DNA of 59,295 nt from an uncultured Peptostreptococcaceae bacterium (GCA_964512505.1 CAZEHH010000003.1:1-59295); one strand, 5' to 3'. Positions 20,741-31,700 are shown, counted from the stretch's first letter. The notes: generated by a model not told the origin, from the sequence alone. Translations and numbers: made by a program.

Positions 20741-22027
20741 TTAGTATGTTGTTGCCGAGTATTTGTTGAAGCCCAATTCGTTTGTGGCTCCCGTAATTAC
20801 TTGAATTTCAGCTTCTATGCTTCCATCGGGCCTTAGACTGCCGTCAAACCCGCCGGCGATTTTGTCTGCATAATCCAGCATTCCGATTACCTTGTCCATA
20901 GGAGGCAAAACGATGACCTCGTTTGCGTTTCCGCCTGTGACAACAGCGTCGGCTTTTGGATCAGCATCCGCCAGGGATTGTGATGCGCCGTCTCTTCCTG
21001 CATACTCATCTGTCACTATTACAGTCTTTACGCCTTCCTCCTCAATTTTTTTGCAGTTCATAATCAAGTCAGTGTCAGGATTTCCAAAGCCTTCCTGTGA
21101 AATGATAACTGCATCCAAGCCGAGATACTTTGCGAATTTGGCAGACCAGTTAGAAGATCTTTCCTTGTCAGCGAGATAAACGTTCTCATTGGTTGCTATG
21201 ACTCCGATGAAATTTATCTCCTTGCCATGTTTTTTGTAGAGTTCTTCTATTATCGGATTGTTCAAGTGGTGATACGACGTGTTCTTATCGCAGGCTGAAA
21301 CGCAGTTTCCACTAAGTACCGCACCATCCATGATTTCCGTCGGATAAAGGACAGTCGGTATAATTTTCTTTGCATCCACCCCGTACACATATGTGTCATG
21401 AAGAAGTCCTTGCGTTTGCAGCATGTAGACGTATCCCACTTTAGGCAAATCCGGATACTCTGCAACTTGCTCCAGCAAAGGCTTTGTTTCGTAAGCGACT
21501 ATTTCGTCAGGTTCGACATCAATTGCGGCCTTGCCCAGGTATGTTGCAACTTTCAGCCCGGCCATCCTTGCTGCTTTTTCGTATGTATGCTGTTCTATTC
21601 CTTCTTTCGGCTCTACAACAACGCATACATTGTTCAGTTTCGAGAACGGAGTCAATTCGGCGCCAGGTCCGGACATGTCAATTATGCCTTCCTGGAATCC
21701 TACGATTTTTCCGCAAGTTACAACAGCGGCTCCATTCAATGTGTGGGTTCTTCCCTCTCCAACGGTCGTAACCTTGTTGATCATTCCGGGGAATATTCCT
21801 CCCGGACCTTCAACCTTGACTCTCGGTTCTATTACATCCTTAACAGGTGTAATGCGAACACTTTCGCCGGGTCTTGCAAGCTCCACTACACATTTTACAA
21901 TGTGCTCGTCTTCCATTACCAAGTCGATGATTTCCTGCTTGTTGACATACAGGGTTCCATTTTCAACTTTAGTTTCTTCTGAAAATTGAACATCTGCAAT
22001 CTTGATTTTTCCAAGTTCCAAACGCAA
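20741..22027 (-). CDS. grdE: glycine reductase component B proprotein (alpha/beta subunits; autoprocessing pyruvoyl enzyme); probable TTG start at 22027
   Basis: Canonical MRLELGK N-terminus when started at the TTG 6 nt after GGGGGGTG. An internal SGNC cleavage-type motif is present. The track GTG start at 22036 abuts the SD. Confidence 0.9.
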   Translation of the reverse strand: MRLELGKIKIADVQFSEETKVENGTLYVNKQEIIDLVMEDEHIVKCVVELARPGESVRITPVKDVIEPRVKVEGPGGIFPGMINKVTTVGEGRTHTLNGAAVVTCGKIVGFQEGIIDMSGPGAELTPFSKLNNVCVVVEPKEGIEQHTYEKAARMAGLKVATYLGKAAIDVEPDEIVAYETKPLLEQVAEYPDLPKVGYVYMLQTQGLLHDTYVYGVDAKKIIPTVLYPTEIMDGAVLSGNCVSACDKNTSYHHLNNPIIEELYKKHGKEINFIGVIATNENVYLADKERSSNWSAKFAKYLGLDAVIISQEGFGNPDTDLIMNCKKIEEEGVKTVIVTDEYAGRDGASQSLADADPKADAVVTGGNANEVIVLPPMDKVIGMLDYADKIAGGFDGSLRPDGSIEAEIQVITGATNELGFNKYSATTY

Positions 22028-22080
22028 AACATTCACCCCCCTTTATTTTGGGCAATGCGAAGCATTGCCTTAAGGCAAAA

Positions 22081-22398
22081 TTAAACGTGTTTCTCAATCA
22101 TTGCTTCAATGTTTGCCGCTTTCGCTTCATCCTTAGTCACTTCTTCGATTTTTTCACCGTCTTTGTAGAGCAATATGGTCGGCAGTCCCATTACCCTTTG
22201 TGAAATAGCAAGCCTTCTGGCCTTTGTGATGTTCAATTTGCAAAACTTCACTTTTCCTTCGTATTTTTCGGCCAATGCCTCAACGTCTGGCATAAGAGCT
22301 TTGCAAGGTTCACATCCGTCACTCCAAAAGTCTACGATTACAAGCCCCTTTGAATTTAAAACTTCCTCTTCGAAATTGTTCTTTTCTAAAATAACCAT
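22081..22398 (-). CDS. trxA: thioredoxin with non-canonical GCEPC active site
   Basis: 105 aa with a thioredoxin fold. The sequence reads [14 protein letters not shown] in place of WCGPC (codons 22317..22303). Confidence 0.9.
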   Translation of the reverse strand: MVILEKNNFEEEVLNSKGLVIVDFWSDGCEPCKALMPDVEALAEKYEGKVKFCKLNITKARRLAISQRVMGLPTILLYKDGEKIEEVTKDEAKAANIEAMIEKHV

Positions 22399-22413
22399 TT
22401 TTTCATCCCTCCT

Positions 22414-23361
22414 TTAATTTTCAAATGTGTTTTCAATGTATTTTTCCGCTTGAACAGCGGCTATTGCTCCATCAGCAACAGCTGTCACAACCTGTCTCAA
22501 AGATTTGTGCCTTATGTCTCCGGCAGCGAAAACTCCAGGAAGAGCTGTCTTCATGTCGGGATCGGTGGTCAAATATCCGCCCTTGTCGGTTTCCAGAAAA
22601 TCCTTGAACAATTCGCTTTTGGGAACATATCCCACAAATGGGAAGATTCCAAAAGTACCGTCTTCCTCCGGTGCATCTATTTCCGTTATTTCGCCTGTCT
22701 TTTTATTTTTCAAAACCAGTTTCTCTACGATTCCGTCCCCTTTGATTTCCTCAACGACACTATCCCATATGAATGCCATCTTCTCGTTTTTAAAGGCTTT
22801 TTCACGTATCGACTTGGCGGCTCTCAGTTCATCCCTTCTGTGGACAACGGTGACCTTTCTTGCAAATTTCGTTAAATACATTGCCTCCTCAACCGCCGTG
22901 TCGCCTCCCCCTATAACGTACACTTCCAGGTCCGTGAAAAAGTCCGCATCGCATGTGGCGCAGTACGACACTCCTTTTCCGGTCAATTCCCTTTCGCCTG
23001 GAACACCTAGATATCTAGGACTTGCACCAGTGGCGATTATGACGACTTTAGCCTTATAGACATCTTTTTCTCCCGTTATAACTTTGATTTTATCTTGCAA
23101 TTCAACTTTGACTATTTCATCTTTCTTTCTTTCAGCTCCAAAACTTTCAGCCTGTTCAACCATTCTGGCAACGAGGCTTGGTCCGGTTGCATCATCGATG
23201 GAACCCGGGTAGTTTGCAACTTCATTTGTCGTTACAATTTGGCCTCCCGCTTTGTCCTTCTCAAGAATCAAAGTCTTCATCTTTGCCCTTGCAGAATATA
23301 GCCCTGCAGCCAAGCCCGCCGGTCCTGCCCCTATGATTACTACATCGTATAAATTTTCCAT
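22414..23361 (-). CDS. trxB: thioredoxin-disulfide reductase
   Basis: 315 aa. GAGPAGLAAG FAD site, redox CATCD, GGGDTAVEEA NADPH site. Confidence 0.94.
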   Translation of the reverse strand: MENLYDVVIIGAGPAGLAAGLYSARAKMKTLILEKDKAGGQIVTTNEVANYPGSIDDATGPSLVARMVEQAESFGAERKKDEIVKVELQDKIKVITGEKDVYKAKVVIIATGASPRYLGVPGERELTGKGVSYCATCDADFFTDLEVYVIGGGDTAVEEAMYLTKFARKVTVVHRRDELRAAKSIREKAFKNEKMAFIWDSVVEEIKGDGIVEKLVLKNKKTGEITEIDAPEEDGTFGIFPFVGYVPKSELFKDFLETDKGGYLTTDPDMKTALPGVFAAGDIRHKSLRQVVTAVADGAIAAVQAEKYIENTFEN

Positions 23362-23384
23362 ATTCTCGTCTCCTCCTGGTCTGT

Positions 23385-23759
23385 TTATTGATTTCCTTCT
23401 ATAGCACCCTTAATAAGCGAAAGGTCTATAACCCGAAAATCATCGAGTATCGACTCTGTCCACTTTGGTGTTATTTTGTTATTGTTGAATTTTCTTACAG
23501 TCGCAAGGCTGTCTTCAATTATGACAAGAGAGTCATAATCCAAGGTCTGCTGTTTTTCACTGATTAAAATTGATTTGAATGGAGTTTCGTTTGGCTTTAC
23601 GCTTCCCGACAATGGATGCGAAAGGAGTTTGTATCCCTCATGGATTCTATCCCTTGTATAAAGAAGGATTTCCTGATAAGTTTTTTCAGGCATGAAATGT
23701 AAATCAATATTGTCTCCGAATGTTTCCGCTACCCTTTGATTGTTGGTAATCAGTATCAT
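23385..23759 (-). CDS. grdX: GrdX protein (glycine reductase operon-associated)
   Basis: 124 aa, first gene of the grd locus. Sequence resembles GrdX (LLSHPLSGSVKPNETPFKSI). Confidence 0.8.
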   Translation of the reverse strand: MILITNNQRVAETFGDNIDLHFMPEKTYQEILLYTRDRIHEGYKLLSHPLSGSVKPNETPFKSILISEKQQTLDYDSLVIIEDSLATVRKFNNNKITPKWTESILDDFRVIDLSLIKGAIEGNQ

Positions 23760-23800
23760 TATGTATTCCCTCCGGTTCTTTCTTCCAGGATTTTGACAAT

Positions 23801-23836
23801 AAAAAAAAGCAATAGGAATTCTTAATAGCCCACTGC
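23801..23836 (-). terminator. intrinsic terminator forming the expression platform of the glycine riboswitch
   Basis: The RNA GCAGUGGG-CUAUUAAGAAUU-CCUAUUGC has an 8-bp stem with two G-U pairs, followed by U8. Confidence 0.65.
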
Positions 23837-23837
23837 T

Positions 23838-24017
23838 TCTCTGTCATAAGACCTGAGAGTTTCTCTTTATGTCTCCATAAAAATTGCCCCTTCGGTGCTC
23901 AAAATTCAAGCTTTTCAGAGACTTGTCCCTGTACGGTTCTTTTGCCTGAGAATTTTGTTTCAAACGGCAACGTTGAAACTTTTTCCTTCGGCGGTCCTTT
24001 CGAACTCTCTCCCGCAA
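23838..24017 (-). promoter_or_regulatory. tandem glycine riboswitch (two aptamers)
   Basis: The minus-strand RNA contains GCGGGAGAGAGUUCGAAAGGACCGCCGAAGGAAAAAG...UCUCAGGCAAAAGAACCG, then CAGGGACAAGUCUCUG...GAGCACCGAAGGGGCAA...ACUCUCAGGUCUUAUGACAGAG. The conserved CCGAAGG(G)GCAA and CUCAGG cores each occur twice. Confidence 0.85.
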
Positions 24018-24096
24018 AGTTCATCCAAATCGATTTATTAAATTATGATAGGAATATTTTATGTTCCGTTTCAAACTATTTGTTCTGTCTATGACT

Positions 24097-24125
24097 ATTA
24101 TATACAAAGTCTGTTAAATATTCAA
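24097..24125 (-). promoter_or_regulatory. sigma-A-type promoter candidate for the riboswitch/grd operon
   Basis: The rc reads TTGAAT-17 nt-TATAAT. Confidence 0.5.
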
Positions 24126-24177
24126 CAATATTTTCATTTTAATGATTTTTTATTTTTGTAGCAGAAAAACAAAATAT

Positions 24178-24642
24178 TTACTCAAACCCAATAAATCCGT
24201 TTTTTCTCATTCCCTCGTACAACACAATGGCTACTGAATTCGAAAGATTCAAAGACCTTGCTCCCTCAACTGCTTTCATGGGTATTCTGTAACGATTTTG
24301 GGAATACATTTCATGAATCTTTTCCGGCAAACCTGAAGTTTCCCGTCCGAATAAAACGAAAGTTTCCGGTTCAAAAGGTATTTGGTCATAGTTTTTATCG
24401 CCCTTGGTTGTTATCAGGCAGATATTCCTGTCTCCATACTTGTCAAGAAAGTCGTCAAGAGACTCATGGATTTCTTTTGACAAAAGAGGCCAATAGTCCA
24501 AACCCGCTCTTTTTACCGTCTTGTCATCCAAATTGAAACCGCAAGGCTTTATTATGTGAAGCTTGTTCCCTGTAACGGCGCATGTTCTTGCAATATTGCC
24601 CGTATTCTGTGGTATGTCCGGCTGGAATAAAACAATGTTCAT
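24178..24642 (-). CDS. trmL: tRNA (cytidine/uridine(34)-2'-O)-methyltransferase TrmL (SpoU/TrmH family)
   Basis: 154 aa. MNIVLFQPDIPQNTGNIARTCA, with C-terminal LNLSNSVAIVLYE. Confidence 0.9.
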   Translation of the reverse strand: MNIVLFQPDIPQNTGNIARTCAVTGNKLHIIKPCGFNLDDKTVKRAGLDYWPLLSKEIHESLDDFLDKYGDRNICLITTKGDKNYDQIPFEPETFVLFGRETSGLPEKIHEMYSQNRYRIPMKAVEGARSLNLSNSVAIVLYEGMRKNGFIGFE

Positions 24643-24661
24643 TTATGATCCCTTCTTTTCC

Positions 24662-26308
24662 CTAAGCCCTTTTAAAGTAATGAAGTCTGCCTGCATCTAT
24701 AACCGACCAGGCAATATTCGATGCATGGTCTCCCATTCTTTCAAGATTGCTGATGGCGTCAAGGAATATCACGCCTGCGCTTGTAACGCACATGCCTTGA
24801 TTCAACCTGTCTATGTGGCTTCTCCTGAGATCTTTTTCCATACGGTCAATTTCGTCCTCTCTTTGGATTACTCTTTCCGCCAAATCCATTTCACCCGTCT
24901 TCATGGCTGTCATGGACTGCATGTATGATTTCATTACCCTGTCAGACATGAATTGCAATTCTTCTTTTGCCTTGTCTGAAAAAATCAACCGGCTTTCAAT
25001 GCAGACTTCCGCCAGCTCGGCAATGTTTTCCGCATGGTCTCCAATTCTTTCTATATCATTTATCGTGTTGAAAAGTCCTGTGATTATTTCGCGTTGAATG
25101 TTGGAAACTTCCCTGTTTGACAATTTTACAAGATATGACGATATGCGCCTTTCCATCTCGTTTATTTTCTTCTCTATCCGGAAAGTATTATTTATGCTTT
25201 TTTCATTTTGGTTTATAAGGGAGTCTATGGCATTTTCATAGGAGTATCTGGTGAGGTTGCTCATGTGAAGAACTTCCTTTATTACTTGTATCAGAGCAAT
25301 TGACGGGGTTTCAAGGATACGGTCGTCAAGATATTTGATTCCTTCAATCTCTTTTTCTTCATCCTCGTGATATGGAATGATTTTCTGTGCTATATTGACC
25401 AATAAAGCCGAAAACGGCAATAAAAGAACCGTGTTTGTTATATTGAAAAATGTATGGGCATTGGCCAATTGCCTTGCCGAGTTTCCGGGTGATATTTTAA
25501 CTACCGCAGCTATTGTGGGCCCGGTGAAGAAAATAACGAAAACTGCAGTTCCAATAACGTTGAACATCAAATGCACGAGAGCCGCTCTTTTGGCTGTTTT
25601 ATTGGCTCCCACGCTAGAAAGCATAGCTGTTACGCATGTGCCGATGTTTGTCCCCAGCAAAATCGGAAAAGCCGACTCTATGGGCAAAAGCCCTTCACTT
25701 GCCAAGGCTATAAGAATACCCGTAGTGGCACTCGAGCTTTGTACTATTGCCGTTATGGCAAATCCGGTGAATATAGCCAAAACAATGCTCATTAAATTCT
25801 TGTCCCCAAAGCTTAAAAGCATGTTCCTGAATCCTTCAAATTCCCTTAGCGGCTTTACTGCATCCTTCATGAAATCCATTCCTATGAAAAGTATTCCGAA
25901 TCCGATAAGAATCTCTGCAATATTTTTTATTCTTCTATTCTTTGCGAAAATCCAGATTATTACTCCTATTCCTATGGCGAGCGGCGCAATGTAAGACAAA
26001 TCGATGGAAACAATCTGTGCCGTTACGGTTGTACCTATATTTGCACCCATGATTATTCCTACGGCTTGTGTAAGACTCATTATTCCCGCATTTACAAAAC
26101 CCACCACCATAACGGTTGTTGCGCTAGAGCTTTGTACTATTGCAGTCACAAAAGCGCCTACCAACACAGCCATGAATTTATTGTTCGTCAATATCTCTAT
26201 GATTCTTTTCATTCTGTCTCCGGCAGTTTTTTCCAATCCCGTACCCATTACATTCATACCGTACAGGAAAAGTCCAAGGCCGCCGATCAGTCCAATAATT
26301 ATTTCCAT
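24662..26308 (-). CDS. Na/Pi cotransporter family protein with C-terminal PhoU-like repeats
   Basis: 548 aa. Duplicated QSSSATT membrane repeats and two ERIGDHAENI / ERMGDHASNI PhoU-type motifs. Confidence 0.9.
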   Translation of the reverse strand: MEIIIGLIGGLGLFLYGMNVMGTGLEKTAGDRMKRIIEILTNNKFMAVLVGAFVTAIVQSSSATTVMVVGFVNAGIMSLTQAVGIIMGANIGTTVTAQIVSIDLSYIAPLAIGIGVIIWIFAKNRRIKNIAEILIGFGILFIGMDFMKDAVKPLREFEGFRNMLLSFGDKNLMSIVLAIFTGFAITAIVQSSSATTGILIALASEGLLPIESAFPILLGTNIGTCVTAMLSSVGANKTAKRAALVHLMFNVIGTAVFVIFFTGPTIAAVVKISPGNSARQLANAHTFFNITNTVLLLPFSALLVNIAQKIIPYHEDEEKEIEGIKYLDDRILETPSIALIQVIKEVLHMSNLTRYSYENAIDSLINQNEKSINNTFRIEKKINEMERRISSYLVKLSNREVSNIQREIITGLFNTINDIERIGDHAENIAELAEVCIESRLIFSDKAKEELQFMSDRVMKSYMQSMTAMKTGEMDLAERVIQREDEIDRMEKDLRRSHIDRLNQGMCVTSAGVIFLDAISNLERMGDHASNIAWSVIDAGRLHYFKRA

Positions 26309-26323
26309 CTTATCCTCCTAAGA

Positions 26324-27109
26324 TCATTTGAAAATGTATAAAACCAATACCCCCAAAACAATTCTATAATATGCGAACAAATTAAAGCTGTGTTTCTTTA
26401 TATAATTCATGAATGCTGCAATTACAATATATGCAACTATAAAGGATACCAGCGTCCCTACCGCTAGTATACCCCATTGCCCGCCGTTTATATTCAAACC
26501 GCTTTTTGCCATCTTATAGAAGGACGCGCCGAACAAAGTCGGGACGGCAAGGAAAAACGAAAATTCAGCGGCAAGCTTTCTTCCAAATCCAATCCCCAAG
26601 CCCCCTACTATTGTTGATGCCGACCGCGACATGCCGGGAACCAAAGCCAGGCACTGTACAAGCCCTACAATAAATGCCTGCATATATGTCAATTCATCTT
26701 CATTTTCAACTTTCACAACATGATTCCTGTTTTCAAAATAAAGAAGCAGAAACGCTCCCGTAATCAATGCCAAGGCTACAGTAGTCGTATTGAACAGATA
26801 CTTGTCGATAATATCCTCAAAAAGAACCCCGAGAATCACTGCTGGAATGACGCCCGTCAACACTTTGGACCAAAGCCTTATCTTCCGGTTGAAATCTTCT
26901 TTGTTGCGAAAGTCCGGAACCAATCTCCCCCTGAAGTAGAGAACTACCGCAAGTATCGCACCGACTTGGATTACGACATCGAATGTGTTTGCAAAAGATC
27001 CTTCAAAATCAAGAAATCTGTTTGCTATAATCAAATGGCCCGTTGAAGATATCGGTAAAAATTCTGTCAATCCCTCTATTATTCCCAGTATTATTGCTTT
27101 TAAAATCAT
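26324..27109 (-). CDS. uppP: undecaprenyl-diphosphate phosphatase (start at the ATG with a GGAGGTAACA RBS; the track ORF extends to 27142)
   Basis: GIIEGLTEFLPISSTGHL and PGMSRSASTI motifs are present. Confidence 0.93.
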   Translation of the reverse strand: MILKAIILGIIEGLTEFLPISSTGHLIIANRFLDFEGSFANTFDVVIQVGAILAVVLYFRGRLVPDFRNKEDFNRKIRLWSKVLTGVIPAVILGVLFEDIIDKYLFNTTTVALALITGAFLLLYFENRNHVVKVENEDELTYMQAFIVGLVQCLALVPGMSRSASTIVGGLGIGFGRKLAAEFSFFLAVPTLFGASFYKMAKSGLNINGGQWGILAVGTLVSFIVAYIVIAAFMNYIKKHSFNLFAYYRIVLGVLVLYIFK

Positions 27110-27165
27110 TGTTACCTCCGGTTGCAACATAGTAATCCACACGCAACCCCTATTATATATTCAAG

Positions 27166-27831
27166 CTACTTTGTGTTCAACTTATTATTGAAATAAAGGC
27201 ACTCTTTATTGATTGGGCATATATTGCATTTCGGTTTCCTCGCTGTGCAAATCTTCCTTCCATGGTTTATTAGCCATAAATGCGCATCCCCCCAATCCTT
27301 TTCTTCTATTTTTCCCATTAGCTGCAATTCAGTCTTTTGCGGATTGTTGGAAGCAGCAAGGCCTATCCGGTTTGAAACCCTCTGCACATGAGTGTCCACC
27401 GCAATCGCAGGTTTCCCGAAAGCATGGCTTAAGACTACATTGGCCGTCTTTCTTCCCACACCCGGGAGTTTGATCAATTCAGCACGGGTATTCGGCACAT
27501 TTCCATCATAATCGGAAATAAGCAAATTGCATGTGCCCAAGATATTTTTCGATTTCATTCTGTACAATCCACAGCTTTTAATTATTTCAGACAATTCCGA
27601 TTCACTCATCAATGAAATTTTCTGCGGCGTCCTCGCCTTCTCAAAAAGAACCCTTGTCACTTTATTTACCCTTGCATCGGTACACTGCGCCGAAAGAATT
27701 GTTGAGATCAACAACTCAAACGGATTTTCATAATTCAATCCGGGTTTAGCATCATTGTAGACACTTCTCATTTTTTCAATGACTCTTTTAATATCCTTGG
27801 AATCCATCTCTTTAGACAATTTTTCCACCAT
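27166..27831 (-). CDS. nth: endonuclease III
   Basis: 221 aa. HhH-GPD motif LIKLPGVGRKTANVVL and C-terminal 4Fe-4S Cys cluster CTARKPKCNICPINKEC. Confidence 0.94.
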   Translation of the reverse strand: MVEKLSKEMDSKDIKRVIEKMRSVYNDAKPGLNYENPFELLISTILSAQCTDARVNKVTRVLFEKARTPQKISLMSESELSEIIKSCGLYRMKSKNILGTCNLLISDYDGNVPNTRAELIKLPGVGRKTANVVLSHAFGKPAIAVDTHVQRVSNRIGLAASNNPQKTELQLMGKIEEKDWGDAHLWLINHGRKICTARKPKCNICPINKECLYFNNKLNTK

Positions 27832-28127
27832 CAGTATATTTCCTTTTCAAAATTTATTATTTCAATGTCCGGCTCTCCATAATATTCCATGTCATTGAAA
27901 ATATTGTCAATTTGACTGTCCACATGGCTTCTTTTTGTAGACACAACACAGAATCCTATCTCTGCCCTGTCGACAATGTCTTGTTTGCCAACTTCCGCTA
28001 TTGCAACATTGAAATTTTTCCTGATCCTGTTGATGAGTTTCTTCATTATGCTTCTTTTGTTTTTAAGCGTCTTCACGCCTTTCAGCCTCATATCAACAAT
28101 GCAAGTTCCAATCAACATCAAAACCAC
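27831..28127 (-). CDS. DUF503 domain protein (YlxP-like)
   Basis: 98 aa. The pattern LKGVKTLKNKRSIMKKLINRIRKNFNVAIAEVG is typical of DUF503. Confidence 0.75.
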   Translation of the reverse strand: MVLMLIGTCIVDMRLKGVKTLKNKRSIMKKLINRIRKNFNVAIAEVGKQDIVDRAEIGFCVVSTKRSHVDSQIDNIFNDMEYYGEPDIEIINFEKEIY

Positions 28128-28171
28128 CCTATTTAATAATATATTATGGAGGAGATAAAAAAAAGAAGCAT

Positions 28172-28765
28172 TTATGAAAACTGCTTCTTTTTAAATCCAT
28201 GGTCAAGTATTTTCAATGTATTTCTCGTATCATCAATCGAAAAATCATTCAAGCCATGGTAAAAATTCTTGAATTGCACCTGGTTCAAAGCCCCCAATAA
28301 AATAGTAGCCGCCAAATCAACATCCAAATCCTCGCAATAGACGCCTTCGCCCACTGCATTTTCTATTATCTTGCTGTACAGCTCTATCTTGATTTCCCTT
28401 ATCCTGTAAATGAATTTTTTAAAATCCATCTCAATGTTGGCGGATTCCCTCAAGAAAGTGAATGCAAAATTGTCATATTTCTTTTTTGTACTGCACTCGA
28501 CTTTTAATATTCCAAGGATTTTCTCCTCCACACTCTCTCCTTCTTCAACCGCTTTGCTTATGTCGTCAAAATATATTCTTGTCGCATATTCAAGCGATTC
28601 CTTGAAAAGTTCTTCCTTGTTTGAAAAATATTCGTAAAGAGTGCCTTTGCCTACACCGGCGATTTTTGCAATGTTTTCCATTCTGGTATCATGGTATCCT
28701 TTTTTGGAAAAGGCGTTCAATGCCGCCTTAAGAATCTTTTCACTCTTTCCATTCCTATTCACCAC
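28172..28765 (-). CDS. TetR/AcrR family transcriptional regulator
   Basis: 197 aa with an N-terminal HTH (FSKKGYHDTRMENIAKIAGVGKGTLYEYF). It overlaps the end of the RND pump gene by 11 nt. Confidence 0.9.
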   Translation of the reverse strand: MVNRNGKSEKILKAALNAFSKKGYHDTRMENIAKIAGVGKGTLYEYFSNKEELFKESLEYATRIYFDDISKAVEEGESVEEKILGILKVECSTKKKYDNFAFTFLRESANIEMDFKKFIYRIREIKIELYSKIIENAVGEGVYCEDLDVDLAATILLGALNQVQFKNFYHGLNDFSIDDTRNTLKILDHGFKKKQFS

Positions 28766-31700
28766 AAGGTTCCTCCTTGTGTTTTCCTCTTTTAATCCAT
28801 TTTTTTGTTCTCGTTGAAAGCCCGTCCATTACAAGATACACAACCGGAATGAGAACAAGTGTCAATAGTGTGGAAAGAAGCAAACCGCCTATTACTACCG
28901 TAGCCAAAGGGGATTGAATCTCCGCCCCTTCGCCCGTGCCCAATGCAATAGGCATAAGCGCTAATATTGTAGTCAGAGAGGTCATGAGTATCGGCCTCAG
29001 CCTCGTGGGTCCCGCCATCAGAATTGCTTCAACAACGTCGTGTCCCTTTCGTCTCAGTATATTGACATAATCTATAAGGACTATGGCGTTGTTTACGACT
29101 ATTCCAGCCAACATGAGAATCCCTATCACTGACGGAACACTGAGCGTTCTGCCGGTAAAAAACAATCCGAAAGCTCCTCCTGAAAATGCGAGCGGAACCG
29201 TAAACATTATTATGAAAGGATAAAGCAGGGACTCGAATTGAGACGCGAGAATCATATACACCAGGAACACGGCCAATATGAGCGCCAGGAAAAGGCTCTT
29301 GAAAGACTCGACAAGATCTTCGTTTTCTCCCCCTATTTCAAAACTGTATCCGTCTTCCAAGTAATAATTGTCAGTTTGGGCTTCGATGTCAGAAACAATG
29401 CTCGCCAAATCCCTTCCAATTATATCTGAAGTGACCGTTACCGTCCTAACCTGTCCAATCCTGCTTATGCTTACAGGACCCTTGGTTTCATAAATATCCG
29501 CAATTTGTTCAAGCGGAACACTTATGCCCATAGGGCTTTTAATTTGCAAATATCTGAAATTATTAATATCATCCTTCAAATAGTCAACAGCTTCAATCAT
29601 TACATCAATTTCATTTCCGCCAACCTTGTATTTTGTGGAGCTGACTCCGGACAAATTGTCTCTTACCGTCTGTGCAATCTGGTAGGATGTGATTCCGTAT
29701 TGCGAAGCTATGTCGCGTTTTATCTTGACCTGTATTTCAGGAAGCCCTTCATCGAAGCTTGAAGAAACTTCCCTCGTGCCCTGCACGGAATTCAATATAT
29801 CGATGAAATCCTGTGAAATTCCCTCAAGAACATCCAGTTCATCCCCCTGTATCCTAATGCTGATTGGTGTGGATCCCATTCCCGGGCCACCGGTTTGATT
29901 TGAAACAGCCTGTACTTGAATATCCGCTCCAGCAATGTCGGAAAGCCTTTTTCTTATATCGTCAGCAACATACTTGCTGCTTCTTTCTCTTTCCGCAAGA
30001 CTGACAAGCGCCAAATCAAGCGATGCCGCATTGCTCTGGCTTCCGCTCGAAATGAATGAATTTCCTCCTCCGATTGAAGCGAATACAGTATCTAATTCGG
30101 GTATGTCATTTATCAATTCTTCAATTTCATCGACATAATTCCTGGTTTTTTCGAGTTTTGCTCCGGTCGGGAGTTCAACATTTATACTTATTCTTCCCTC
30201 GTCCGTGCTTGGAAGGAACTCCGCCCCTACTTGAGCCACTGCAAAAATGGAACTAATGAAAATAACCAGTGCGACAGCAATCGTCAAAAGCTTGTGCCCG
30301 ATGGCTTTTTCAAGAAGAATTTTGTATTTTCCCTCTACAGCCGAAAAAGTGTCGTCGAACATTTTAAAGATCTTTGTACGGCTCTTCACTTTTCTTTTTT
30401 CAGAACATGTTACCCTGAGTATCTTTGAAGACATCATAGGCACAACCGTCAAAGCGATCACCAAGGAGCTTAGCAGCGCAAAAGTAATTGTCAGCGCCAA
30501 TTCCCTGAAAATAATTGATGTTATCCCTTCAACAAACACTATGGGGAGAAAAACGGCTACTGTTGTCAATGTGGATGCCATAACAGCCATTCCAACTTCG
30601 CCGGCCCCTTCTTTTGCAGCCTCTATTCTTGAGTATCCCGCCTGCCTGAACCGGTAAATGTTTTCCAGAACAACTATAGAGTTGTCGACAAGCATCCCCA
30701 TCCCGAGAGCGAGTCCCCCAAGTGTCATTAGATTCAATGTTATTCCTGAAAAGAATATGAGTGAGAATGTTGCAATTATCGAAACAGGTATTGATATGCC
30801 TATTATGAATGTCGACCTTATGTTCCTAAGGAAAAGATAAAGCACCAATATGGCGAGAGCTCCTCCAATAAGACCGCTTTTAGATACGTTTTGTATGGAT
30901 TTTTTTATATATGTCGATTGGTCGAAAACATTTTCTATTTTGACTCCATCCACTTCTTTTTCAAGCTTGGCAAGTTCGGCATTGACTTTGTCGGCCACAT
31001 CAACAGTATTGTATCCTGACTGCTTGAATACATTTATGCTGACGCTCTGCTTGCCGTCAAGCTCATTGATTCTCGTTATTTCTTTTGGAATCAGAGATAC
31101 TTCAGCCACATCGCTTAATTGTATTCTTCCGCCATTCGCCAATACAATAGGGGTGTCGGAAATTTCCTTTACAGACTCGAACTCCCCAATCGAACGGACC
31201 AGCAGATTTTTATCGCCTTTCTTAACCGATCCCCCTGGAAGGTTGAGATTCTCCATCTTAAGGCTGTTGGAAAGCCCGGTCATGCTCAATCCGTATTTGT
31301 CAAGCTCCAAGGGATTCACCAATATCCTAACCATGTCCTCATATCCGCCCGATATATCGACTGATGCAACCCCTTCGATCCTCTCCAGACGGCTCTTGAG
31401 CTTGTTTTCCGCTATGTCCTGTATTTCCCCTATTCCCCTGTCGCTGCTTAGTCCGGAAATGATTATCGGCATGGCGTTTGGATCAATTTTAAACACAAAT
31501 GGGCTGCTCGCGTCAGAAGGCAGAAAATCTCTGATCAAGTCAAGCTTTTCCCTCATCTGCATTGTCCCCGCATCCATGTCGGCGCCATAATCAAACTCCA
31601 AAACGACAACCGAGCTCCCTTCACTGGAACTTGAACTTATTCTGTCGACATTGTTTACGGTCGCCATCGACTCCTCTACAGGCACTGTAACCAGGGATTC

